A DNA stretch of 60,525 nucleotides from Patescibacteria group bacterium (lineage in GTDB: Bacteria > Patescibacteriota > Minisyncoccia > UBA6257 > Colwellbacteraceae), in NCBI GenBank assembly GCA_022705565.1, contig JAKJEF010000002.1, positions 1 to 60,525 on the forward strand, read 5' to 3'. Shown here one piece after another: positions 18,600 through 27,236 of this stretch. Under the pieces are notes generated by a model. That model made no database searches, was not told where the DNA came from, and was given only the letters and a program-made list of their open reading frames with translations. The translations under genes and the position numbers were made by a program. Position 1 is the first letter of the stretch. Every line of letters begins with the position of its first letter.

Positions 18600-18902
18600 T
18601 TAGAAAGCGGCGAAGGGATTTTCTCTTCCGAGGCTGTTCGGTCCGATTACCGGGAGATTGATCGACCTTCCCGGATCTTCCGAAGAGAAGAATTCGTCTT
18701 GGAGCACTTCCTGCGGATTGAATTGCAAGCCGCTCAAATCGGCCACGGACTGGAGGTTGGCCGGCAGGATCGCCTCGATCAGCGGCGCCGGAGTGAAGAA
18801 AAGATAATAGGCGCCGATCGCGAGAATAGCGAGCGCCGCCGCGACGGAAATGATGATGAACGTTCTCGACCCCCTTTGATTCGGTTGAATGATGACCGCC
18901 AT
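18600..18902 (-). CDS. Small membrane-anchored pilus-locus protein (unknown)
   Basis: 100 aa with one TM helix and 1-nt gaps to both pilB and the pilO-like gene. Confidence 0.55.
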   Translation of the reverse strand: MAVIIQPNQRGSRTFIIISVAAALAILAIGAYYLFFTPAPLIEAILPANLQSVADLSGLQFNPQEVLQDEFFSSEDPGRSINLPVIGPNSLGRENPFAAF

Positions 18903-18903
18903 T

Positions 18904-19464
18904 TTATTGGTAATATGTGTTGATGATTAATTGGAGGGAATAAATATTGGCTCTTCCCGAGGCGCTGATATTCATCGAAACAATGTCCATCAGCCTCATG
19001 TTGTTCTCGACGTCGCCGATAAAAGCTTTAAGACCGTCGTAAGAGCCTTCGGCCCTGACCGTGGCTCGCAAAACCCCGTAAGCGGAAACGAGAGGGCTTC
19101 CGTTCGACTGCATCGGCGGATGCTGGAAATTGACGCTCGCCACCACCATTTGATTCGTGGACGCGAGACCGTAAATCTGCGCCAAAACATGGGGAATGTC
19201 GTCATTCAAAGGCAAGGAGCGGTCGAGATCGTCTTTGTATTGGAAGCTGTCTTCGTATTGCTGCGCCAAATTGGCGAAAGCTTCCACCTGGGCCTCCGCC
19301 ATCCGCAGAACAACGGCCGCGGCGTCCCTGTCCGCCCGAAGCTGCTTCACGCCGTTGTCGCCTTCGAATTCCGGCCTGATGAAATTGGTGAACACGAAAA
19401 CGGCCGCGACCAAAAGGGCGATGCCTCCCAAAATACTCAAAAATCTTTTAAAGGAAAAAGCCAT
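18904..19464 (-). CDS. pilO: PilO-like pilus assembly protein
   Basis: 186 aa with an N-terminal TM helix, a coiled region and the C-terminal segment GSYDGLKAFIGDVENNMRLMDIVSMNIS. Its position is after the pilN-like gene. Confidence 0.65.
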   Translation of the reverse strand: MAFSFKRFLSILGGIALLVAAVFVFTNFIRPEFEGDNGVKQLRADRDAAAVVLRMAEAQVEAFANLAQQYEDSFQYKDDLDRSLPLNDDIPHVLAQIYGLASTNQMVVASVNFQHPPMQSNGSPLVSAYGVLRATVRAEGSYDGLKAFIGDVENNMRLMDIVSMNISASGRANIYSLQLIINTYYQ

Positions 19465-19993
19465 TGTTGAAAATTATTTGCATTTGGAAAGATACTCCGG
19501 TCTGGCCGAGAGTCGCTCCGCCTATGGAAACGCTTTCCACTTCCTGAAGATTCTGGAAAACGTCGAGTTGGCTTGCTAAAGATTCGTAGGTTGAGGCTGT
19601 TCCACCGAGATTCGCCGTCAGGCTCGGAATATCGAGGTCCATCGAGCTGTAAGAAATGTCTTGTCTAGTATTCGTCTCGAGAAACGAAAATATGTTGGAA
19701 GAGAAAACATGTCTCGAAATTAATGTTTTCAGGTTTTCTATCTGGGAATAGAAATCTATGAACGTCTGCCTGTCTTGCGGCGATACTTGTTCGTTAAGCG
19801 CGTCGATCTGCGCCTGGATACTCTCCGTGTCGCTCAAGAGAAAAGGCTTATACCCGTAAGCCAATCCGAAATAGCTTACTCCCAAGAGAATGAGAATAAA
19901 CAGAGAAAATATCAAAAGTCTTGTCGGCCAACCGGCGGGCTCCCGGCCGACATTGAATCTTTGATCGATATTTGTCGGGTATTGCGGTGGCAT
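19448..19993 (-). CDS. pilN: PilN-like pilus assembly protein
   Basis: 181 aa with one TM helix, located directly downstream of pilM. Confidence 0.6.
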   Translation of the reverse strand: MPPQYPTNIDQRFNVGREPAGWPTRLLIFSLFILILLGVSYFGLAYGYKPFLLSDTESIQAQIDALNEQVSPQDRQTFIDFYSQIENLKTLISRHVFSSNIFSFLETNTRQDISYSSMDLDIPSLTANLGGTASTYESLASQLDVFQNLQEVESVSIGGATLGQTGVSFQMQIIFNNGFFL

Positions 19994-19996
19994 TTT

Positions 19997-21085
19997 TTAA
20001 AATTGCCTTAATCCGAGGCCGATCGCGACCGCGAGCGTTCCGCCCAATTCGTTCACCACGGGCTGGAGCGTCGGCGCGTAGCTCAAAGCGGAAAATGGGC
20101 TCGGCCTTTCGACTTTCATTTGCAGGAAATCCGCGGCGTATTTATCCAAGCCGGCAAGCTCGCCGCCTCCGCCGGAAAGAATCACCTTTCCGATTTGGCC
20201 GCGATAGTTCTTCTCAAAATTGTCTTTCACTCGTCTTACTTCATTAAGTATAACATCGACGTAAGGCAGCATTAAAGTGGACAACTCGTATTCTCCGCCC
20301 ATTCCGAGCAAGCCTCGGCGTTTTTTCAGTTCTTCGGCTCTTTTGACGTTGATATTCAAGCCGTTCGCGATCGCCTGGCTCATGGAACCGCCGGCGTAAT
20401 CGAGATAGGCGCTCGACAGAAGATGGCCGTCTCTCGCGACATAGAGACTGGTCGATCTTCCGCCGATATCGAGGATCAAAGAAAGCTCCGCGTCCCCTTT
20501 CGTGAAAACCCTGGCCAGGCTCATTCCTTCGATCTCGATCACCCTCAAATTAAGACCGGCGGCCTGGAAAACGCTTTTGTATTTCTCGACGATGTTGTTC
20601 GGCACCGCCGAAAGAAAGACCTGCTGCTTTTTCTGGCCTTTTTCGTCTTCGAATTCTCCGACCACCGACCATTCGGTCGCCACCGAGGCGATGGCCGCCG
20701 GCACCAAGGCTCGCGCCTGGTAAGACATGATCTGATCCATTTCGTTTTTAGGCATCATCGGCAGTTCGAGTAAAGTGGTGAAAGCGGAAAAAGGCGGCAG
20801 AGAAGCGAAAACCGCGGCCGCTCCGGGCTTCACTTCCCTGACGAGGGTCTGGAGCATGCTCGCCGCTTCTTTGTCGTCCATTTTCAAACTGCTCGTTTGG
20901 ATGGCGCTGTTCTGCCGGGAAAGATGGCTGTAAGTTTCCAGTAGTCCGTAGTTTTTGAAATGCGGCCGATCGGCGACAATGGCCAGTTCGACGAGTTTAA
21001 TCGAAGTTGTTCCGATGTCGACCCCGATGGCCGACTGGAAAGAAAGCAAAGGTTTTAGGGGTTTCAAAAAATCGAGTATCGCCAT
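19997..21085 (-). CDS. pilM: Type IV pilus assembly protein PilM (actin-like ATPase fold)
   Basis: 362 aa with VGVDIGTTSIKLVEL and a second nucleotide-binding segment ILDIGGRSTSL. Confidence 0.9.
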   Translation of the reverse strand: MAILDFLKPLKPLLSFQSAIGVDIGTTSIKLVELAIVADRPHFKNYGLLETYSHLSRQNSAIQTSSLKMDDKEAASMLQTLVREVKPGAAAVFASLPPFSAFTTLLELPMMPKNEMDQIMSYQARALVPAAIASVATEWSVVGEFEDEKGQKKQQVFLSAVPNNIVEKYKSVFQAAGLNLRVIEIEGMSLARVFTKGDAELSLILDIGGRSTSLYVARDGHLLSSAYLDYAGGSMSQAIANGLNINVKRAEELKKRRGLLGMGGEYELSTLMLPYVDVILNEVRRVKDNFEKNYRGQIGKVILSGGGGELAGLDKYAADFLQMKVERPSPFSALSYAPTLQPVVNELGGTLAVAIGLGLRQF

Positions 21086-21112
21086 GAATTGCTATTATTA
21101 ATGATAGCACGA

Positions 21113-21799
21113 ATGCCGAGCTTCACGAATATCAAAAATCAGCTTTTGGATCTTGTTTTTCCGAAGCTTTGCTTGAATTGCCGTTGCCTTCTAGAAAAAC
21201 CGATCGACAAAGAAAATCTTTTGTGCGGCCGCTGTTTCGGTTCGATCGTCGTCAATCGTCTGATATTCCCGGAACCGGGATTTTTCCTCGGTAGCGCCAC
21301 CCTTTACAGGATAGACGCCGCGAGGAATCTGGTGCATTTCCTGAAATACGAAGATTTTCCCGGGGTAAAACACCCGATCGCAAAAATAATCGAAGCCTAT
21401 CTCCGAAAATCCGCTTTCATCCATCTTTTTCGCAATGTAAAGCCGGAAATCGTTCCTATTCCCCTTCATTTCATGAAATCCATAAGCCGTGGGTTCAACC
21501 AAGCCGAAGACATCGCCGAAGTTTTGGCGAGCGGAACCGGCTGGCCAATTAATACTCGCCTGCTCCTAAGAACCAAAAATACACAGCCCCAAGCCAAACT
21601 CGAACAAAAATCGGAAAGAATGGAAAACATGGCTGGCGCTTTTCGCATAAAAAACGGCTTGGAAGAATACGTTTCCGGGAAAAGCTTCGTTGTTGTCGAC
21701 GACGTCTATACTTCCGGCGCCACCATGTCCGAAGCGATCAAGATATTGAAATCCGGCGGCGCCAAAAGCGTCGCCGGATTCGTATTCGCGAAAGGTTAA
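21113..21799 (+). CDS. comF: ComF family protein (phosphoribosyltransferase-like competence protein)
   Basis: N-terminal Cys pairs CLNC..CGRC and the PRTase motif VVVDDVYTSGATMSE. The ORF opens at a TTG (21089), but I prefer the ATG at 21113 (MPSFTNIKNQLLDLVFP). Confidence 0.85.
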   Translation: MPSFTNIKNQLLDLVFPKLCLNCRCLLEKPIDKENLLCGRCFGSIVVNRLIFPEPGFFLGSATLYRIDAARNLVHFLKYEDFPGVKHPIAKIIEAYLRKSAFIHLFRNVKPEIVPIPLHFMKSISRGFNQAEDIAEVLASGTGWPINTRLLLRTKNTQPQAKLEQKSERMENMAGAFRIKNGLEEYVSGKSFVVVDDVYTSGATMSEAIKILKSGGAKSVAGFVFAKG

Positions 21800-21801
21800 A
21801 A

Positions 21802-23241
21802 CTAACAGGGTCCGTCTACGCAGCTCCAAGATCCGCTCCAACCGCCGTGAGACGAACATCTGCTAAGGCATGTTTCGGGGCCTCCAACGTATTGGCATTT
21901 TACTCCGGCGCCCAAACTTCCTGACGGCGTATAACCGTCGTTGCAGGTGCAGCTCCAACTTCCCGGACTGCATGATTCGCATATAAAGATCCAGTTGCAG
22001 AACTTTCCGGATGAACAATCGGAATCGCTGCAACATTGACAGCAAGAAGTGCTACACCCCAAAGACGTTTCCGAACCGGTTCCGGAACAACTGCCGCCGC
22101 TACAGACTTGAGTGACTTGCATCCTGTTGCAGAAAGAGCAAGTATACCCGGTTCCGCAATAATTGCCATCCGTGTCTCTCGAACATCCGCAAGAGCCGGA
22201 TCCTCCGGTAAAAGTTCCGTCGGCGTTGCAGGTGCTTGTCGTTGTCGTGCCGCTGGCCGATTCGTCGCAACTCGATGAATAATTGCAAGAGCAGCCTCCC
22301 GTGGTGACTGTTCCCGGATAAATGCTCGCGCTATTGTCGTTGCAGTCGATGCCGCCGGCATTCAAAGTATTTCTGCGTTTTCCGTTGGTCGGGGCCGTAT
22401 CTTGAAGATATTGGGTGGCGTTCGCGGGATAAGTGTCGTTATCAAAATCCACCATCCAGATATTGGTTTTTCTAAGCGCCCCGTCTTCTCCCAAGGCAAT
22501 CGCTCCGTTTACGGTGATTGTTTTACCGGAATTGAAGGCGAAAGTTGAATTCAAGGTCAAGGTGACGCCCGGATTGATAATCAAATTACCGTTATCCACT
22601 CCGTCTGGCGTGGAAATCGAGCAGTTGCTGCTCAAGGTGGCGTTCCCGCCCATGGGAATGCCGCAAGCGTCGCTCCAAGCTAAGGTGATTGTGTTTTCCC
22701 GGCCGGCCGCGTCTTTAGCAATGAAAACCGTGTGATAAGTATTGTCGTGGGTGTCTTTGACGATCCATGATCCTTCGTACAGAGACGCCTTGCGCCGTTT
22801 CGGCATTGATTGGAATCGCCTTAAGAATTCTTTGAATATATTTTTCTCTCCGATTTCTTCTGGGGATAACGACTCCGATTCTGTTTGCTTTACGAATTCC
22901 AAAGGTAGGACCACGACATCGTTGTCGGTCTCGATATGGGCTTCGACCGAGACGATTTCCGCGTCATCATCGATGATTACCGAAAGTTTTTGCGTGTTTC
23001 CGATATGGACGTCGACTGGATCAATAATCGCTTCGATGAGTTTGGGCCAGATTTCTTCGGCCTGGCTGATATGATAAATCTGTCTGCCTTCCGGAAGAGT
23101 GAATCTTCTTCCGTTTTCGCCGACGCTCAACGGTTCCGGGCTTCTCTTCATAATGGCGCCGATGGCGAAAACGGCGAGAACGATCAACAAAACGACAGCG
23201 GCGATTTTTCCGGCGTCGATCTTCTTGAAATCAAATTTCAT
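21802..23241 (-). CDS. Membrane-anchored Cys-rich surface protein ending in the shared six-Cys module
   Basis: 479 aa with an N-terminal TM helix. I count 28 Cys in the last ~190 residues. The C-terminus CTCNDGYTPSGSLGAGVKCQYVGGPETCLSRCSSHGGWSGSWSCV aligns with the C-termini of 31037..32725 and 33909..36167. Confidence 0.7.
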   Translation of the reverse strand: MKFDFKKIDAGKIAAVVLLIVLAVFAIGAIMKRSPEPLSVGENGRRFTLPEGRQIYHISQAEEIWPKLIEAIIDPVDVHIGNTQKLSVIIDDDAEIVSVEAHIETDNDVVVLPLEFVKQTESESLSPEEIGEKNIFKEFLRRFQSMPKRRKASLYEGSWIVKDTHDNTYHTVFIAKDAAGRENTITLAWSDACGIPMGGNATLSSNCSISTPDGVDNGNLIINPGVTLTLNSTFAFNSGKTITVNGAIALGEDGALRKTNIWMVDFDNDTYPANATQYLQDTAPTNGKRRNTLNAGGIDCNDNSASIYPGTVTTGGCSCNYSSSCDESASGTTTTSTCNADGTFTGGSGSCGCSRDTDGNYCGTGYTCSFCNRMQVTQVCSGGSCSGTGSETSLGCSTSCCQCCSDSDCSSGKFCNWIFICESCSPGSWSCTCNDGYTPSGSLGAGVKCQYVGGPETCLSRCSSHGGWSGSWSCVDGPC

Positions 23242-23250
23242 ATTTTTGTT

Positions 23251-25329
23251 TTATTTGACCTTTAGACCGGTTCCCGGTTCCGCGTCTTTCGGGACGTTCG
23301 GCCAATTCAGATAGTCGAATCTCGGCGCGGTCAATCGGTAGGAAACTTCGAAACCCCCGTCTGTTTCATCGGTATTACCGACGATCAGAATACGATTGTT
23401 TGCGCTATCCTTTTTATAAGAAACACTACCCTCGAATCCGGGCGTGAGGAGAATAATCAAGTTTTTCCATTGTTCTCCGAAATTAGTCGTGCTGCGGAAA
23501 AGCCAGAAATCAGATCCCTTGTTTGCGAACGAGAAATTGATTTCTCCGGACAATTTGCCGTCTTCGGCCAAGTTTAATTTCAAAACGCCGGCCGTTTCTT
23601 CTTTCACTCCGGTCATACCCGGAGTATAAGTCGAATATTGTTCGCCGTTGATGTTGAAAAGCGGGTCAACCGTACCCACGGTGAGCTTTCCTGATCCGCC
23701 GCCGATAACAACCGTGTCTCCGGCTGCCGTGCCGAATCGAGCCGTGGTCGCGCCTCCGCTTACGACATCGAGTTTATATCCCGGCGCGGTAGTTCCGATG
23801 CCGACTTTACTCGCATCGTCGATGCTGATCGCCGCCGCCGAAAGTGATCCGTCGGTTTGAATAACGCCGATGTCTCCGAACGAATTATCGCCGGTCCGAC
23901 GACCGCCTTTGATGTAAATACCTCTGTCGTTCGAATGGTTGATTCTCACTATCGCCGCCGAATTATCGGTGTCGTTCCCTCCTTGAAAACGCGCCACTTC
24001 GACTTCTCCGGCGATCGTGGCAGCCAGCACGTGCAGTTTGGTTCCCACAAAACCTGTTTCGTTTTTCTCTTGCGGCGCCAATATACCGATGCCGAAATTG
24101 CCCGGCCCCATGAAAGATACGTTGTTTCTGGTTGCTGTATTTTCAACTGTTGCCGGCGCCGTTACCGTAATGACGTTTACCAAGTTATCCGGATTGGTAG
24201 CGAATATCCTGACTTTGGCGTAAATAGTGTTTGAAGCGGCGGCATTAATTTGATAAATCGGAATCCGGACTTTGGATGTCTCATAAATTTCGGCGTCTCC
24301 GATGGCGTAATTACTGGCTAGACCTCCCGAAGCATCCACCACTTCGGTCGTATAATTGCTCAAAGACGTACCGCCGACGGCATGATGGAAACTAAACCTT
24401 CTGGTAAGAGCTCCGAAAGCCGTGTTGTGGTTCCAACCTCCTATTAACTCCACTTCTATTTGTCCGTTCCAGGCGATGTCTCCAAAATTGATATAGCCGA
24501 CCTGGTTTGCCGCTAGCGCGAAGTTGCCGATGGTACCCGTCCACAAAATCATCCTGCCTTGTTTGATGTTGCCGTTTATTTCCAATTTTTGACTCGGCGT
24601 GGAAACGCCGATACCGACGTTGCCCGCGAAATAAGCCGTACCGTTGACGTTCAAATTCTGCCATCTCAAGGCGCTTGTGCCTATGCTCCGGGTATTGGTC
24701 GTGTCCGGCAGCAAATCCGAATCAAAAGTGGCGGCCGAAACCCGGCCGATGGCCGAAGTCAAAGTGCGGGAAATCGCGTATTTCGGATTGGTGGAGTTGT
24801 AGGTCATGCTCATATCGATATTGACCACCGAATGACCAACCAATTCCCTACCCTCTGCTTCCGAATAACGGATATTGTCGATTTTGGTGAAAGTCAAAGA
24901 ATTCGTCACCACACTGCCGGTCGTCAAGCTGGTTTTCGTGGTCGAGCACTCGTCGGCCGGCGTTCCCGGACCCTGGGCTATTTTGATCACGCCCGATTCC
25001 AAAGTGATGCAGGTAGGATCGGACGCCGGAGCGGACATTCTCAATTTCAAAGTCGATCCGCTGGCGGATTCGATGTTACTCGATTGCTGGATCAAAGCCT
25101 GAATCGTTTCGAGCGTCGCGTCGAGCTGGCTCGAAACTTCCCTCGAGGCGGATTCGCGGCCGGTGATATCCGTCACGGTCAAAAGAATATTGGTGAGAAA
25201 AACCGAGGCGATCGAAAAAACTCCCAAATAAACCAAAAGCTCCATCAAGGTAAATCCCCGTATTTTCGCTTTTAAAATCCGGCCCGCCGCATTTTTAAAA
25301 GACAAATCTCCTTTTTTTATATTGAGCAT
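23251..25329 (-). CDS. Large pilin-headed protein with tail-fibre-like repeats
   Basis: 692 aa. A 25-aa leader precedes G-FTLMELLVYLGVFSIASVFL. Internal motifs are GNVGIGVSTPSQKLEING and KVGIGTTAPGYKLDVVSG. Confidence 0.7.
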   Translation of the reverse strand: MLNIKKGDLSFKNAAGRILKAKIRGFTLMELLVYLGVFSIASVFLTNILLTVTDITGRESASREVSSQLDATLETIQALIQQSSNIESASGSTLKLRMSAPASDPTCITLESGVIKIAQGPGTPADECSTTKTSLTTGSVVTNSLTFTKIDNIRYSEAEGRELVGHSVVNIDMSMTYNSTNPKYAISRTLTSAIGRVSAATFDSDLLPDTTNTRSIGTSALRWQNLNVNGTAYFAGNVGIGVSTPSQKLEINGNIKQGRMILWTGTIGNFALAANQVGYINFGDIAWNGQIEVELIGGWNHNTAFGALTRRFSFHHAVGGTSLSNYTTEVVDASGGLASNYAIGDAEIYETSKVRIPIYQINAAASNTIYAKVRIFATNPDNLVNVITVTAPATVENTATRNNVSFMGPGNFGIGILAPQEKNETGFVGTKLHVLAATIAGEVEVARFQGGNDTDNSAAIVRINHSNDRGIYIKGGRRTGDNSFGDIGVIQTDGSLSAAAISIDDASKVGIGTTAPGYKLDVVSGGATTARFGTAAGDTVVIGGGSGKLTVGTVDPLFNINGEQYSTYTPGMTGVKEETAGVLKLNLAEDGKLSGEINFSFANKGSDFWLFRSTTNFGEQWKNLIILLTPGFEGSVSYKKDSANNRILIVGNTDETDGGFEVSYRLTAPRFDYLNWPNVPKDAEPGTGLKVK

Positions 25330-25385
25330 TGTTTTAAAAATCCCGACAATTCTATTGGATTAATTATAACATAACGCTTCCCGAA

Positions 25386-25991
25386 TCAGGGCATGTCGTT
25401 GCTCCGCCACAGAGCCAGACATCCGTAAGTTTTGTAAGGCGCCCAAGCGCTCGTGATTTTTTCCACTTTTTTCTCCGGCGGATATTCGTCGAATCCGTAA
25501 ACCTTCATCAGTCCTTTCCGCAATCCCAAATCCCCGGCCGAAAAAACATTCTCCCTTCCCAAAGTGGACATGAGGAACATCTCGGCAGTCCAGCGGCCGA
25601 TGCCCTTGATGCGGGTAAGTTCGGTGATCACTTCTTCATCCGTCATCTTGTCGAAATCCTTTATTCTGATTTTCTTCCCGCAAAAATGCTCGGCCAGGCT
25701 TTTCAGGTATTTTGCTTTTTGCGCCGAAATACCGGCTGCCCGGATTTCCGGTTCTCCGAGAGCCAGAAATTTTTTGGCCGAGATTCTCTTTTTGGGGAAA
25801 AGCGATCGGAACTTGGCAAGAATGGCGTCTCCGGCTTTTCCGGAAATCTCCTGGAAGATGATATCCACGCAAAGACGGCTAAAATAATCTTTTCGGTCTT
25901 TCGGTTTCAGCCGCTCGATCTTCGGGTCGGTTTGGAGATAAAAGTATATTTTCGGATCGTTTTTCTTGAAATGCGCGAGAACTTTTCGCAT
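25386..25991 (-). CDS. HhH-GPD family DNA glycosylase (DNA-3-methyladenine glycosylase II-like)
   Basis: 201 aa with the helix-hairpin-helix IKGIGRWTAEMFLM followed by SAGDLGLRKG. Confidence 0.75.
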   Translation of the reverse strand: MRKVLAHFKKNDPKIYFYLQTDPKIERLKPKDRKDYFSRLCVDIIFQEISGKAGDAILAKFRSLFPKKRISAKKFLALGEPEIRAAGISAQKAKYLKSLAEHFCGKKIRIKDFDKMTDEEVITELTRIKGIGRWTAEMFLMSTLGRENVFSAGDLGLRKGLMKVYGFDEYPPEKKVEKITSAWAPYKTYGCLALWRSNDMP

Positions 25992-25997
25992 GATCGA

Positions 25998-26579
25998 CTA
26001 TTGGATTTCGTATTTCACCTCGTCCGGAAAAAGCAACGCGAAAGGATAACCGACAAAATTCCTTTTGATCTTTCCGCAGCCAAGTTTTTTCAAGAAACCG
26101 ACCATTTCCTCGATCGTTTTCGCCGGATCGATTTTTTCGTCTTCACCGATATATTCGATTTCCACGAAATCTCCGAGGTTTTTGACCGCGTCGACGGCGA
26201 TTTCGTAATCTTTATAACTCCAAGTTTTTCTCAACTTATCGACCACCATCAACGATTTGAAATCAAGGACCGAAAAAATATTCTTTACCGTTTCCAGATT
26301 TTCAATCTTGGTTTCGAATTCGTCGCAATAAAGACTTTTACCAAGATCGTCATAATGCCATTTTTTGTAATTCAAAGAGTATTTTCCTTCAGCGTCCCGC
26401 AATCTCAACCATTCCTCGACCGGCCGGCTGGAAAGAAAATCCCGGTGGGTCGGAGAAAAATATTCGTCCAGCTGGCGTTTCTCCGACTGGAAAACGCCGT
26501 TCTTTTCCAAAAACTTTAAAAGTGGCTCGACTTTTTCGACGTTGACTTGTATTTCTATTTCGATATTCTTACAGGCCAT
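25998..26579 (-). CDS. CYTH domain protein (class IV adenylate cyclase / triphosphate tunnel metalloenzyme)
   Basis: 193 aa with an N-terminal EIEIQ (ExExK-type) motif and overall CyaB-like length and pattern. Confidence 0.65.
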   Translation of the reverse strand: MACKNIEIEIQVNVEKVEPLLKFLEKNGVFQSEKRQLDEYFSPTHRDFLSSRPVEEWLRLRDAEGKYSLNYKKWHYDDLGKSLYCDEFETKIENLETVKNIFSVLDFKSLMVVDKLRKTWSYKDYEIAVDAVKNLGDFVEIEYIGEDEKIDPAKTIEEMVGFLKKLGCGKIKRNFVGYPFALLFPDEVKYEIQ

Positions 26580-26580
26580 A

Positions 26581-27075
26581 TCAGAAACTCTCGATGATAT
26601 TTATTTCCTTATCTTCCACTATATCGTTTTCTCCAAACTGGATCATCGCCCGAAGGAGACTACCTTTAAGCGCTTCCGGCAGCCAGAAAATATCGGCTGG
26701 CCACATATTCTCAAAAGGTATCTCGCTTGTGGAAAACCATTTCGGATTCATCTCTTCGCTTTCTTTTGGCTCGCCTTCCCAGTTTTCGGAAAAATAAACA
26801 TGGACCAACTGGTCCCATGCCGGATTATGGGGAAAATGGAAAGACAGTTCGGCGGTTTTCCGGAGATCGTGTATGGAAACCCCGATTTCTTCTCTGGCTT
26901 CCCTTTTGGCCGCTTCTTCGATCGTTTCTTCCGTAATCACTTTGCCGCCGACTCCGTTCCATCTGTTCGCCCCGAAACCCCGTTTTTTCATGGCAAGACA
27001 TATATCGACGACTCTGTCTTCGGACTTCTTGATAAGGAACACGAGCGTAGCGTCCCTTAATTTGACATTCTCCAT
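26581..27075 (-). CDS. NUDIX hydrolase (MutT-like)
   Basis: NUDIX box GGKVITEETIEEAAKREAREEIGV. Confidence 0.85.
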   Translation of the reverse strand: MENVKLRDATLVFLIKKSEDRVVDICLAMKKRGFGANRWNGVGGKVITEETIEEAAKREAREEIGVSIHDLRKTAELSFHFPHNPAWDQLVHVYFSENWEGEPKESEEMNPKWFSTSEIPFENMWPADIFWLPEALKGSLLRAMIQFGENDIVEDKEINIIESF

Positions 27076-27236
27076 TTGACTATCTTAACAGAAATCAATC
27101 TAATCCGTAATTGAACTCGTCTTTCTATTCGAGACCGTGATTTCGGAATTCTTCTTTTAATCTCGATCGGGTAAATGTCTTTAACCGGCGACAGACGCAG
27201 ATTTCTACTACTCCTTTCCCTGATTACTAACCAAGC

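Noticed and set aside
21802-25329. A prophage or tail-fibre locus interpretation of the tail-fibre-like protein.
   Set aside because: No capsid, terminase, portal, integrase or lysis genes are nearby. The protein carries a prepilin signal, so a cellular pilus-associated adhesin is more parsimonious.
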